Source of the DNA: Octopus sinensis
Lineage: Eukaryota
Assembly (NCBI RefSeq): GCF_006345805.1
Contig: NC_042997.1
Span: 89,962,001 to 90,026,000, forward strand
Length of the DNA: 64,000 nucleotides
Direction of reading: 5' to 3'
Of the stretch, positions 12,304 through 26,119 are shown in pieces (position 1 is the first letter of the stretch; every line of letters starts with the position of its first letter). The position numbers and the translations under genes are program-made. The notes under the pieces are model-generated. The model worked only from the letters and a program-made list of their open reading frames with translations. It ran no database searches and was not told the DNA's origin.

Positions 12304-13375
12304 ATGCCACAGACAGGGCCATGAGAGCAAAGAAACAGGCCTGGAAGACCTGGAAGAGTGGGAGTAGCAGGTAACTGTATCATTTAGACAGAAGGGAACC
12401 TAGCAGATAGGTATATCCAGCCAAGGGAGAAGCAGAAAAGAGGAAGTTTGCCTATGTTCAGTGCCATGAGGACCAAAATATCGAAGTGTTCCAGATTTCA
12501 AGACAGTGTGTGAGAGAAAATTGTGATGTTATATGAGAGAAATGTGCCTGTATGGATGATGGTGCACTTGCATTTAGTGATTCTGGAAAGAAAGAGGCTC
12601 AGAAATGCCATTATGAAAGACTGCTAAATGTAGAGAACGAATGGGAGGAAGAGAGTCTGCCATATGTTGACTAAATTGAGGGACCAGCTACCCAGATTGA
12701 AAGTACCTTGGCAGGTAAAGCAACTAAGGACATGAAGATAGGGAAGGCCCTTCATCCATTGTGAATCACCACTAAGTTGCTTAAAGTATCTCGTGGTGTG
12801 GGTTATGGTCTAGTCACTTGTATTGTAAATCAGGTGATTTATGAAGCAACACCATAATCAACTGCAACAAAGGTAAAAGTGATGCCTTAGAAATAATTAC
12901 AGAGGTATCAAATTGTTGGATCGGGTGATGAAAGTTACGGAGGGAGTCATTAGAGAGAGAGTTAGTCTAGATGAGATGCAGTTTGGTTTTGTGCCAGGGA
13001 GAAGCACCACTGATGCTATTTTCTGGTAAGGCAGCTGCAGGAGAAATACCTTGCCAAAAATATACCTTTGTACTTAACTTTTGGCAGAATCTCCCAATCC
13101 CTTATCTGGTAGTCATTGCTGAAAATAGGATTAGGTGAGTTGCTGGTGAGAGCTATTCAAGCCATGTACCGAGATGTTGCCAGTAAGGTGAAGATTAGCA
13201 ACAAGTACTACAAAGAATTCAGTGTACAAGTAGGGGTTCACCAAGGATCAGTCCTAACCCCCATTTTGTTCATCATAGTCCTCCAGGCAATAACAGAGGA
13301 ATTTAAGACAGGCTGCACATGGGAGCTCCTCTGTGCTGATGACCTTGTTCTTATAGCTGAATCACTACCAGAACT
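12303..13375 (+). mobile_element. Older RTE LINE internal fragment (linker to RT domain 5)
   Basis: NYRGIKLLD, QFGFVPGRSTTDAIF, GVHQGSVL.P.LF, ADDLVLIAES; multiple stops. Confidence 0.88.
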
Positions 13376-13912
13376 ATGTCATGTATATTGTAGATATTCA
13401 TTTCATATTATCAGCTGGTGATAGCCTTCTTTCAAATGGCAAATGGTTTTGCTCCTGTTGTTATATTTAGGCTAGATGTGTTTATCCAGGCTAAAATAGT
13501 TTTTTATATGTAAATATTTAGCATTCAGTTTTCAGTCTTATTAGAGATGCAATGGCATGAACTTTTCATTGTTTAACAGTCATTTTATGTGTCATGTCAT
13601 CAGTATGTCATGTTGCTGTAGTTATAATCATTTTACTCCCAAGGGCATGTAACAAGCCTTTTTACTTTATGGTCTATATAATATAGATCTGCCCAATACT
13701 ACAACTGTGTTTATAAATACAGCATATTTTTATCATTTAGATGAGATTTTAAAATTCTTCTAATTCTGTCAAATACTGTTTTCTTATTTGTTATTAGGGA
13801 TGGGGGCAGTATTAGTTCAGAATAGCATGCTGTATATCTCACTTAATATGGATATACTGTAGAAAGCCACAAAACTGTGGTATCTACCTTGAGAAAACAT
13901 CTCATATAGATG

Positions 13913-15735
13913 TCATCATCATCATTTAGCGTCCGTTTTCCATGCTAGCATGGTTGGACGGAAGGCTTCATCAGGCCCAGTCAGATCTGGCAGTGTTTCT
14001 ACGGCTGGATACCCTTCCTAACGCCAACCACTCCGTGAGTGTAGTGGGTGCTTTTTACGTGCCACCCGCACAAGTGCCAGACAGAGCTGGCAAACGGCCA
14101 CAAACGGATGGTGCTTTTACGTGCCACCGGCACGGGGGCCAGGCAAGGCTGGCAACGGACACGAGCGGATGGTGCTTTTTACATGCCACCGGCACGAGGC
14201 CAGTCAGGGCGGCGCTGGCAATGGTCACGAACAGATGGTTCTCAATGTGCCACCGGCACTGGTAACTCAGCTGCAATTTCCATTGATCGATTTCGATTCT
14301 GATCTCACTTGCCTCAACAGGTCTTCACAAGTAGAGTTTTGTGTCCCAAGAAGGGAAGGTATGCATACGTAGGCTGGCTCCATCCCATGTAGAAGGCCAC
14401 GAGTTATGGTCTCACTTGTTCTGCCGGGTCTTCTCGCGCACAGCATACTTCCAGAGGTCTCGGTCTCTAGTCATTTCCTCAGTGAGACCTAAAGTTCGAA
14501 GGTCGTGCTTCACCACCTCGTCCCAGGTTTTCCTGGGTCTGCCTCTTCCACAGGTTCCCTCAACTGCTAGGGTGTGGCACTTTTTACACAACTATCTTCA
14601 TCCATTCTCGCCACATGACCATACCAGCGAAAACGTCTCTCTTGCACACCACAACTGATGCTTCTTAGGTCCAGCTTTTCTCTCAAGGTACTTACACTCT
14701 GTCGAGTATGAGTACTGACATTACACATCCATCGGAGCATACTGGCTTCATTTCTTGCGAGCTTACGCATATCCTCAGCAGTCACGGCCCATGTTTCACT
14801 GCCATGTAGCATGGCTGTTCGTACACACGCATCATACAGTCTGCCTTTTACTCTGTGCGAGAGGCCTTTTGTCACCAGCAGAGGTAAGAGCTCTCTGAAC
14901 TTTGCCCAAGCTATTCTTACTCTAGCAGTTACACTTTCAGCACACCCGCCCCCGCTGCTGACTTGGTCACCTAGGTAACGGAAGCTATCAACTATTTCTA
15001 ATTTTTCTCCCTGGAAAGTGACGGAAGTTGGTCTCAGAGCATTTTCAGTGTTTATTGTTCCTGAGCATCTGCCACATACAAAAACCATCTTCCTAGTTAG
15101 CCTTCCTTTGACATTGCTGCACCTCTTATGTGTCCATAGCTTACACTTGGTGCATCTTATAGAGTTTCTACCTACACCTTTTCTACAGATCGAGCAGGGC
15201 CATCTACCTGAAGGCGTTTGTGATTGGTCTACCTTCCTACTGATTACGACTTTGGTTTTAGCTAGATTGACTATAAGGCTCTTCGATTCTAATCCTTGTT
15301 TCCACACCTGAAACTTCTCCTCCAGTTCTGATAGAGACTCAGCAATTAGAGCAAGGTCATCAGCATAGAGGAGCTCCCAGGGGCATCCTGTCTTGAATTC
15401 CTTCGTTATTGCCTGGAGGACTATGATAAATAGGAGGGGACTGAGGACTGAACCTTGGTGGACCCCAACCTCTACCCGGAATTCTTCACTGTACTCGTTG
15501 CCAACCCTCACCTTACTAGCAGCGTCTCTGTACATGGCTCGCACAGCTCTCACTAACCATTCATCTATCCCTAGTTTCCTCATTGACCACCAGATAAGGG
15601 ATCGGGGGACCCTGTCGAAGGCTTTCTCCATGTCAACAAAAGCCAGGTACAGGGGCTTACCTTTGGCTAGGTATTTCTCCTGCAGCTGCCTTACCAGGAA
15701 TATAGCATCAGTGGTACTTTTCCCTGGCACGAACC
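13913..15735 (-). mobile_element. Young RTE LINE, 5'-truncated; open RT from domain 2 to near the C-terminus (ORF 14567..15775), 3'UTR with 62-bp repeats and (GAT)n tail
   Basis: FVPGKSTTDAIF, AFVDMEKAFDRV, GVHQGSVLSPLLF, LLYADDL, C4HC3 insert 15065..15196, FRYLG, RWYGHV; one 1-bp frameshift in an A-run near 14580. Confidence 0.95.
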
Positions 15736-16029
15736 AGATGTATAGTTCTAAAAAGCTCAGATATGTAGCAGACAAAGAGCATCCAATAGTGGCAGTGAAA
15801 TTGGTAAATCTAGATCTCTGTGTCCCTTTGTGTCTCTTACTGGTACACTTCTGTACTTTTTAGCACTATACATCTATATGAGATGCTTTCTTGAGACAGA
15901 TATCACTGTTTTGTGCCTTTCTACTGTTATTCTAACATCTACATTAAGTAAGATATACAGGATGTTATACTGTTTTATCATTTGTAATTGCACAACTTCC
16001 ACACAGTTTTACTTTCATCTCTGCCTAAT

Positions 16030-16620
16030 TATTTACAGTTAGCAGGATTGTTGAGCTCTTGTTTTTTTTCTTTCCCTTCAATTGAGCTCAAAATGATTTG
16101 TTTGCAACTCACTAGTTTGCTTCCTTGTATTGTCATATTTTTGCATTTTCCCAGTTCAAAGGATATTCCATGTTCCCTGCTAAATTGCTTAACAATACTC
16201 AAGAGACCCTCAAGATGGGGAACATTTGCAATATATAATTTTAAGTCATATATGAATAAGGTATAGTGGCTGGCTCTGCACCCCATTGTTTTTATGTAGT
16301 ATTGTAGAACCAAACTAGTTTTTATTGGCCAATACAAGGTTAACAAGTCCACAGATGGAATATCTCAGGAAATACTCTTGTGAAGCTGGAGCTTACAATT
16401 ATAGTCATCGTCATACTGTTGTTGGAACTAGTAAGAACTGTCTGCCATTTCTTTAAAGAAGTTCACTATGATGTCATCAAATAAGTGCACTTTCAGTACT
16501 TTGATCTTCTAGTCATGAATCAAAGTCTACCTTGCAATTAATTCAGTCTCATGACAGTTTCTATCTTTTTTGCATAGTGTTGCATCATCTGCCATCCTCT
16601 TGTTAATGATGAGCTATTTG
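16030..16620 (-). mobile_element. Decayed R4/Dong-like non-LTR RT fragment (domains 3-7)
   Basis: LIINKRM.., SLKKWQTVLT, YDLKLYIAN..LEGLLSIVKQFS..HGISFELGKC, matching the R4/Dong LYMDDLKLY..FS.DIGM.FG..KC pattern. Confidence 0.75.
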
Positions 16621-16679
16621 ATTGTTCCATGGGACTTGGACTTACACCATTTCTGTACTACAGGAATTAAATTTTTATT

Positions 16680-17329
16680 ATTTTTATTCACTTAACTTCA
16701 TTCACTTAACTTCTGATTTCTCTATTTCATGTCTCAGCTCCATCCTGCAAATTAGAAATGCAACACTTTCCTCAATACATAAGCTATATCTAAATATTTC
16801 CTAAAAAGTTTGATATTTGTAGCCTTTGATGCCAGAACATTACTCATTTTGAGATGGTCCCAAGTGCACCAATCATAATAAGTACCATGCTTGTATTTGA
16901 GGTTCTATGAATTCATTTCACTTCCAATCCTAGGTTTTGGTGCTTCCTGATTTCTTGTCCTCTGTCTTAACAATGTTTTGGTCTGCAGGTATAGCTACTA
17001 AAGTGCAGGTCCATTCTTTGGACTCCTTCCATAGGAGAGTGATAACTAGTTGGTTATGTTGCAGCTTTTTGTCTGTGCATATTGGCATATCCTATGTGAG
17101 TTTCACCTGATCATTCTCTGCTACTGGCAAAGATGGTACTCATACCACTTGTTGGAACACTCTAGCCCATACTTCTTGCATAACCAGTGTATTTACACTG
17201 CTACTTTGTCAAGGTATTTTTTGTACTCCTTTTGGGCTAGTTTTGAGCATCCACTAATTATATGTCTAACTGTTTCAGATGATTTTCCACATAATTTACA
17301 CCAAGGTGATGCTGCTATCTTATCAATTG

Positions 17330-17330
<1 letters not shown>
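16680..17330 (-). mobile_element. R4/Dong-like C-terminal fragment: CCHC knuckle + restriction-like endonuclease + 3'UTR, abutting (TAA)n
   Basis: CKLCGKSSETVRHIISGCSKLAQKEYKK..DKVA..HWLCKKYGL, END.VK..D.PI.TDK, AIPAD.NI, AYVLRKVL. Confidence 0.85.
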
Positions 17331-17379
<49 letters not shown>

Positions 17380-17510
17380 GTTTAACTTTTGATTTGTATT
17401 TGTACAAGTTGACTCCAAGTCTCACTCAGACTTCAAGAGACAAGTTAGAAGTTCAAGTTGTTTTTATCATCATCATCATCATCATCATTAATAGTAATAA
17501 TAATCCCTGT

Positions 17511-18402
17511 AAGGCAGCAAGCTGGCAGAATCATTGGTATGCTGAGCGAAATGCTTAGTGGCATTTCATCTGTCTTTATGTTCCGAGTTCAAATTCCGCC
17601 GAGGTTAAATTTGCCTTTCATCCTTTTGAGGTCGACAAATTAAGTAGGTGTGAAACACTAGGGTCGCTGTAATCAACTAGTCCCCTCCCTCAAAATTTCA
17701 AGCCTTATGCCCTTAAAAGAAAGAATCATTATAATTATTATTAAGATGGTAAGCTGGCAGAATTGTTACTCTGCTGGAGAAAATGCTTAGCAGCATTTGT
17801 TCCGGTTCTTTACATTTTGAGTTCAGTTGCTTTTAAGGTTGACTTTGCCTTTCAATCCTTTTGAAGTCAATAAAATCAGAACCAGTTAAACACTGGAGTC
17901 GATGTAATTAACTTCCCCATTGATTTTGCTGGTCAAGTTCTAAATTTAGAAAGGATTATTATTATTATCATCCTTATTATTATTGTGTATTTTGGCAGGT
18001 TCATTAGAGTATTGGGAAATGCCTTATGGTTATATGTTCCATCTCTTTACATCTTGAATTCAAGTCCTGCCAAGATCAACTTCGCTTTTCATCCTTTCAA
18101 TTTTATTGATTTTATTGACTGTTTCCCCTTCCCCCTCAAATTTATGGCCTAATGCCTAATTTAGAAACAATTACTATTAATAATAAAAAAGGGTTTCTAA
18201 GTTAGGCACAAGGCCAGCAATGTTTGAAGAGAAGGCGTTTAGTCAATACTGTCAACCCTTTATTTTATTCACTCCAGGAATGGTGTGGGTTGAATGGCAA
18301 AGCCAGCCTTGGAGGGATTTGAACTCAGTGTAAACATCCAGAACAAATATGGCAAAGCATTTTTTCTCCTTGAAGCTCTAGTGAATCTGCCAGCTCACTG
18401 CC

Positions 18403-18438
<36 letters not shown>

Positions 18439-19180
18439 GTTTTGTTTATTTGCTATCAGGGCGAAGGATGAGGGGGACAATACAAAACAGACATAAAGCG
18501 TGGGGATTTACATATGATGAAATGATAAAATATATAAATAATAAAAGAAATATAATAAAAAAAGGTTAAGTATACATGGTATACAATGAAATGGAAGGAA
18601 AATATAGTATACAAAGATTAACAAGAAATGTAGGGATGATAGAAAATATCAACAACAACAATAATAATCACTGTATTTATCAAACTATCAGATATTATTA
18701 TTCATTGCTGGCCACAATGCACTTCCTTGCATTTCTGTAGCTTTCAAACAATGCCATTCACTGGCTAAGTGGGCGGGCAAATATTTCCCCTAAATGGAAT
18801 GCCAGGCCATCACAGCTGAGTAGACTGGAAGCAATTTGAGATGAAGTGTTTTGTTCAAGAACACAACACATTGCTGATCTGGGAATTGAAACTATGTTTA
18901 TGTCATTGTGAGTATAATATCTTAACCACAAGGCCACACACCTTCACTATAATAATAATAATAATGGTTTTAAATTTTGCTTCAAGGGCAGCCCTTTTAT
19001 GTGAGGGGATGAGTCAAATACATCAATGTGTCACTGATACTTCATTCATCGATCCCTGAAAAGATGAAAGGCAAAGTCAACTTTGGTGGAATTTGAACTC
19101 AGAATACAGCAACAGACAAAATACCACTAAGTATTTCACCTGGCGTGTTAATGATTCTGCCAGCTTGCCACCTTACTATA
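17511..19180. mobile_element. Cluster of about 5 copies of a tRNA-derived SINE with (ATT)n tail; three head-to-tail on +, two on -
   Basis: Repeated aaggcagcaagctggcagaat...gagttcaaattcc...tttgcctttcatcc at ~17511, 17745 and 17995; reverse copies at ~18190-18405 and ~18965-19175. Confidence 0.75.
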
Positions 19181-20147
19181 ATAATATTGATAAGGATGAC
19201 TATTTCTAAAATCAGTATGGTGATGCAGGTTTATATTTAAGGAAATACTGTATGTATGTAAGCAGGTATGAGAACAATATTAAATGTTTGGGACCAAGGT
19301 AATGGGTTCAAGAAGGGGGGATTCTGTGATCATAAGTTCAAATGATGTCTTGTGCACTCAGCAGAATAAGCCTCCATCTTCTTAGAAATGCATAGGACTA
19401 TATTATCTCTGTCCTATCTTTATATAACACACCAGAGTATGATTTGAAGAAGATTCAATTACTATTTCCAGGAGGTCAAGTGGCTATGCAAAGACATCGT
19501 TATTGATTCACCAGTGTGATGGTTATCAGTGCTGGTGTGTGTAGGAGTAGTGCAGTTTTTATTGTTTTTTCTTCTACAGTTTACAAGTCAGTCTCTCTTT
19601 TACGCATTTCAGAGCATATTTTGTCTCTGGTGCCTACAGAACATGACAGCTTATTCCCTTCATCTTGTCATGCATCTTTATTTAATTTTTATTCTTTTAC
19701 TTAATATCATATCTTTATGAGGTTTTTATTTTAAATTTCTTTTTCCTTTTTAACATTTAAAGAAATGTTATGAACTGTGATTCTGTTACACACTTCCAAC
19801 TGCTGTCATTTCCTATATTAGAAACCATCTTAGTTCTTCCACACATGATTAGATGAGAAAATAATTGCTACTAGTCTTGAAAATCCAATAATTTCCCCTG
19901 TATTTAAGCTTAAATTTCATTTTTGATCTGATCCAATTGTATTCTTATGTTGAACAATTTCTTGCTGAACAATTCAACATATGGTAAAAAAGAGCAATAT
20001 TAAATATTCCATTATAGCTAACTACCACCTTTCAAACAGCAATGCTAAATTTGACTCTCATTCACTCACCATATCTTTGTATCCATCTCCATCTCTTCAT
20101 ACTTCTACCTATATATTGCTCTATCTATTATATATATATATATACCG

Positions 20148-21906
20148 ACTTGTGAAGACCTGCTGAGGCAAGTGAAAATCAAATCAAATCAAAACAAATC
20201 AAAATAGATGAACATCAATGGAATTTGTATCCTTGTGGTACCAGTGCCAGTGGCACACAAGAATCCATCCGAACGTGGCCGTAGTCAGTACCGCTTGTGG
20301 TACCAGTGCCGGTGGCACACAAGAATCCATCCGAACATGGCCGTAGTCAGTACCGCTTGTGGTACCAGTGCCGGTGGCACACAAGAATCCATCCGAACGT
20401 GGCCGTAGTCAGTACCGCATCACTGGCCATCCGATCGTGGCCGTTCGCCAGCCTCATCTAGCACCTGTGTCGGTGGCACATAAAAACACCATCCGAAGAC
20501 CCGGCAAGACTAGTCAGGCCATACCCATGGCCCCTACCTGGGACGTAGTCAGTCCACCTGTGCATACCTTCCTTCTTGTGACACTTGTGAAGACCTGTTG
20601 AGGCAAGTGAAAATCAAATCAAAACAAATCAAAATAGATGAACATCAATGGAATCTGTATCTTTGTGGTACCAATGCCGGTGGCGCACACTTTGTGGTAC
20701 CAGTGCCGGTGGCACACATGAGAACCATCCGAACGTGGCCGTAGCCAGTTCCGCATCGACCGGCCTCCGTGCTGTGGGCACGTAACAAACACCATCCGAT
20801 CATGACCGTTCGCCAGCCTCATCTGGCACCTGTGTCGGTGGCACATAAAAACACCTTCCGAAGACCCGGCAAGACTAGTCAGTCCACCTGTGCATACCTT
20901 CCTTCCTTCTTGTGACACTTGTGAAGACCGGTTGAGGCAACTGAAAATCAAATCAAATCAAATCAAAATAGACAAAATAGATGAACATCAATGGAATTTG
21001 TATCTTGTGGTACCAGTGCCTGTGGCACACAAGAAATCCATCAGTGCCGTAGTCAGTGCGGTGGGCACATGACAAACACCATCCGATCGTGGCCGTTCGC
21101 CAGCCTCATCTAGCACCTGTGTCGGTGGCACATAAAAACACCATCCGAAGACCCGGCAAGACTAGTCAGGCCATAACCCATGGCCCCTACCTGGGACGCA
21201 GTCAGTCCACCTGTGCATACCTTCCTTCTTGTGACACTTGTGAAGACCTGTTGAGGCAAGTGAAAATCAAATCAAATCAAAACAAATCAAAATAGATGAA
21301 CATCAATGGAATTTGTATCTTTGTGGTACCAGTGCCGGTGGCACGTGGCACATAAGAAAACCATCCGAACGTGGCCGTAGCCAGTACCGCATCGACTGGC
21401 CTCCGTGCTGTGGGCACGTAACAAGCACCATCCGATCGTGGCCGTTTGCCAGCCTCATCTGGCACCTGTGTCGGTGGCACATAAAAACACCATCCGAGCG
21501 TGGCCGTCTGCCAGCCTCGTCTGGCACCTGTGTCGGTGGCACATAAAAACACCATCCGAGCGTGGCCGTCTGCCAGCCTCGTCTGGCACCTGTGTCGGTG
21601 GCACATAAAAACACCATCCGAGCGTGGCCGTCTGCCAGCCTCGTCTGGCACCTGTGTCGGTGGCACATAAAAACACCATCCGAGCGTGGCCGTTTGTCAG
21701 CCTCGTCTGGCACCTGTGTCGGTGGCACATAAAATCACCCACTACACTCTCGGAGTGGTTGGCGTTAGGAAGGGCATCCAGCTGTAGAAACACTGCCAGA
21801 TCTGACTGGACTGGTGCAGCTTTCGGGCTCCCCAGACCCCAGTTGAACCGTCCAACCCATGCTAGCATGGAAAGCGGACGTTAAATGATGATGATGATGA
21901 TGATGA

Positions 21907-21910
<4 letters not shown>
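20148..21910 (+). mobile_element. Composite element of four tandem RTE 3'UTR modules ending in the RTE (GAT)n tail, inserted in (TA)n
   Basis: Module anchor cttgtgaagacc..gaggcaa.tgaaaatcaaatc at ~20149, 20584, 20918 and 21237; 62-bp VNTR at 21420-21730. Confidence 0.88.
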
Positions 21911-21940
<30 letters not shown>

Positions 21941-21945
<5 letters not shown>

Positions 21946-22560
21946 TTTCTACAGAAAGTAATGCAAAAGTAGGCATAACACCTTAATTAACTGACATAGG
22001 TCATTCAAATTTCATGTCAATAGAGTAACTCTTTTTTTTTATACAAAGGCATTACTTAATAGGTTTCCATCACAAGTGATGCTTTTTTACTGTCATTGAA
22101 TCAAACTCTTGAACACTCTTTGGTAAAAATCTGATGTACACTGCTGTACCCACTTCTTCACTGCTACCTTCACCTTGTCTCCAAAGACTGGCCTTCATTG
22201 GATTGGAAAGGTGGCAGTCAAAGAGTGCCAAATCCAGGCTGAATGGCAGCCCGTTAACCAGCCAAGGTTACCAGTTATCTGATTTGTTGTGAAAGATGTG
22301 TGTGATCATGCATTGTCATAGAAAATGTGGATAGTTTTGCTTGGTCTCATCTTCCTTAAGCTTTTTTAGTGTCTCTCAAAGTACCACTTGCTGTTCACAG
22401 TACATCTACATTTCAGAAAATCAAGGATAATGACACCCTTATCATGCCCCCAAAATAGTCATCGTGACTCTCTGTGCCAATCACTGGCTCTTGAACTTCT
22501 TAGACCATCAAGATGTCATTCCATGGATTTAGGATTCACTTCTGGATCTTAAAGATACAC
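21941..22560 (-). mobile_element. Decayed mariner transposase C-terminal half and right end
   Basis: DPEV..SMEW, KKFK, VIILDFL, TVNS..Y, FYDNA..HTS, LGW, VK.AV.KW..FY..: mariner D,D34D catalytic region with stops. Confidence 0.72.
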
Positions 22561-23883
22561 TAGGGACTGGCAAACAGGACTCACCAGGTTCCAATCTGAT
22601 GTGGCAATGTTTCTACTGCTGGATGCCCTTCCTAATGTCAATGACTCTGAGAGTGTAGTGGGTGCTTTTTACATTCCACTGGCATGGGAGCCAGTCAGGC
22701 AGCACTGGCATCAGCCACGTTCGGATGGTGCTTTACACATGCTATTGGCACAGGAGCCAGTTGGGAGGGGTGGTGGTGGCTAGCATCAACCACGTTCGGA
22801 TGGTGCTTTTTACATGCAATCAGCACTCACATGTCTGTCTGTCTATCCAGTTATTGCATCTCATACATTCATCTATCTGTCTATCCTTTACAAACAAGTT
22901 CTACTGCTTATATGAATAACAACGAAGAGCATACTGTTGGTGTATAATTATTATTGTAATGGAAGGTCTTTTTGTAAAAATAGCCCTCGGGATTAAAGAA
23001 AAACCTTTCATTTTATTTAACTTTGAAGCAAACCCCAGCTGGGTATCACTCATTAAAGCTCTTTGATAAAAAATTAATTATATTGTTTAGGCCAGTAGCT
23101 CTGTATTTATTAATCAAAAATCTTTCCTGAAGCCAATATAACTATGCATGAAAATGATTATAAATAGTAAATTAAAAATTTTAATGTTGTAGGGATTTTA
23201 TCCATACATGGACACACAAGCACACATGGTGTAAACCAAATATTTACATGTGTTATATGTATATATATTTTATACCAATGTGTTGTTATATTCTTTTTGA
23301 TTAACATTTTATTATTTCTTATAATGAATTTTTACCTGTACACAAATCGGTATATTTAAATATATAGGTATGTATTGAATGTTTCTGTATGTATGAAAGC
23401 GTATGTAAGTATATTGAGAAAGAGTAAATATATTGATTGAAAATGTATAACAACATGTTAGTATGGATTGGAAGTAAATAACATGTTAGTATGTAACATC
23501 TGTAGTGGCAAAATATTAAAAAAGCTTTAATTTACTCTCTGTAATCATGTGCATGCACACACACACACACGCGCGCATGCACAGACAGACAGACACACAC
23601 ACCACACACACACATTTATAGATCCCTGACTGTTGCTCACAAATAAGCATGACCTTGTAGCATGTATTATTCTTTTTCATATGGAGAATACTGAGGATGT
23701 GGCAGTTGGAGTGAGTAGACTGGAGCAATGTAAAATGAAGTGTCTTGTTTAGGACACAATGCACTGCCTAGTCCAGGATTCGAACCCACAACCTTATAAT
23801 TGTAAACCCAATATTCTAACTACTAGGTCATATAAAAGTATATATGTGTGTGTGTGTGCACATATATTTTCACACACACACAC

Positions 23884-23912
<29 letters not shown>

Positions 23913-23916
<4 letters not shown>

Positions 23917-24030
23917 TCATCATCATCATCATCATTTAGCGTCCGTTTTCCATGCTAGCATGGGTTGGACGGTTCAACTGGGGTCTGGGGAGCCCGAAGG
24001 CTGCACCAGGCCAGTCAGATCTGGCAGTGT
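23913..24030 (-). mobile_element. RTE 3'UTR fragment abutting (TA)n
   Basis: atcatcatcatttagcgtccgttttccatgctagc. Confidence 0.85.
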
Positions 24031-24516
24031 TTCATATATGTATGTATGTGTGTGTACTTAAATGCACAGATGTGTGTGTGTGTGTGTTTTATGTGGAATC
24101 ATATAAAAAACAATCTAACATTAACTGAAAGAGCATTCAGTACATTTAAGTAGAATATAAAATTCATTTTTACCACTTAAAATTTATATTTTTCCTTCCC
24201 AAAAATATTTTATTTTTCATCCAAAATATTTTATGTACATAATTACATGTTCTCTCTTTCACACATGCATGCACGCACTCGCACACACACACACACACAC
24301 AACACCAAAGAATCCATAAACCAGAAAAAATTGCATACTTGATAGAGTAATACCTACCACCTCTGAAGAACTGGTAGTGTTATTAAACAGTGCTGTTATC
24401 AAATATCTGGTTATTTCATACCCAGTACAAACCAGTTGTTATGATTGGCTGAAATAGATCTATAATTCTGTATACTTGTGTGTGTGTATATCTGTCTGTC
24501 TGCATATATATATATA

Positions 24517-25498
24517 TCTTTATATATATAAAACTGAGAATGTGTGTCTGTCTGTCTGTGTTTCCCTAAAACTTGAGAACTACACAACCAATTTCATTCA
24601 AATTTTACACATGCCTTACTTAGGGTCCGGGGAGTGTCATCAGCAAAAAAAAAGATATTCAACTTCTTGCCTAGAGCGAGCCCATAGCAATATCATATCT
24701 TCTCCACTATTTCAGCATTACGTGTTAAAAATGAAACAAAAACGTTTCTCTATTTTATGTCAGATGCTTTCACTTTAACAATAAAAATAATAATAACAAT
24801 TGAATTATATGTAGTAAGTAATAATTAAAATCAAACTAAAGTAACATGACAAAAGTAAAAATAGCAATTGGTATAAAATTGCATCAATGATTTGAACTTG
24901 AATAAGTGGTTTCACATGAATGGGAATAAATTAAAAATACAATTAGCATACAGAAATGGAATAGTCCGGATGGATAATAACAAATTAAATTAAAGAAAAG
25001 ACTATTGTCTATAAATTATACAATGTAGAGAAAAAAGATTTGAACACATGGAGGAAAGCACCTTCGAAAAGTGTCTTGGTGCGACTATGAAAGGTATGTA
25101 ATCAGAAGAGGGAAATTCGCCACAATAGAAGCAAGGTTCGAGTCAACGGAGCGTGCAAGGGAGTACTCGACTCGAACTTGCAAAGTGGAAATATTTTATT
25201 CTTACCTTTATATCTGGGACGTAGGACGTCCCGGAAAAAAATTTAAAATGCTCCCCTGAAGTAGAGGGAGGACAAGATACAATTGATCGAAATTACAAGA
25301 GACGGGCTAACAATTCCAGTCTGTTATATATTTTGAGTATTGTTATCACTAGCGATATCAAGATATAACTTTGTATTTTGTATTTTATGTGTAGATGTAT
25401 ATATATATATAGGTGTACATGTAATATGTACACATATATATACACATATATACATGCACTAGCACTATGTACCGGCAACGGCGGGTCTTTAATGCTAG
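24517..25498 (+). mobile_element. Non-autonomous Helitron-like element
   Basis: A|TC 5' end (tctttatatatataaaa..gtgtgtctgtctgtc), 3' imperfect hairpin accggcaacggcgggt then CTAG|T; inserted between A and T with no TSD. Confidence 0.78.
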
Positions 25499-25595
25499 TA
25501 TATATATATCTGTTCTATGCTTCAGCTGGAATATAGTGAAAAGCAACAATCAAGTTGAGACCATTAGTCCAACTAGTATAAACAATATACATATA

Positions 25596-25687
<92 letters not shown>

Positions 25688-26119
25688 CACACACACACAT
25701 ACACACACACATATATTTATATGTATCCTGTACTGCTGTAAAGTAGTTGGTAAATGAATAGAAGCAGTGTTAACAATGCCTTGTTAATGTTGGTGTTATG
25801 ATAAAATGTGCCCATTTAAGGAAGTATCTTCAGGAACATGAAGGGCATCCATCAGCTGAAAATATACCAACACGCAATGTGAGTGAGATCTGTTTCCTGA
25901 CCACTCCATCATGACCCATCAAAGCCATTCTAGCATTGGATATTGGATGTGGTGGTGGTGGTAGTAGTGACAATGATGATAACTGTGTGTATATATAGGA
26001 AAAACTCTGTTAAATGAGCAAATACTTGCAAACATACATAAATAAATACATTTATACCCAGATCTTCAAATCATCTCTGGAGGTTTGAATATGTATGTTT
26101 ATGTCTGTGGGGAAGGAAG

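Noticed and set aside
19529-19720. 63-aa hydrophobic ORF considered as an upstream SPPL3 or nested exon
   Set aside because: No similarity to the SPPL3 N-terminus, in-frame stop just upstream, no convincing splice sites
21420-21730. Regular 62-bp array (also 27990-28560) resembling a CRISPR array
   Set aside because: Units are contiguous near-identical repeats with no unique spacers and no cas genes; they sit in an RTE 3'UTR in a eukaryotic intron
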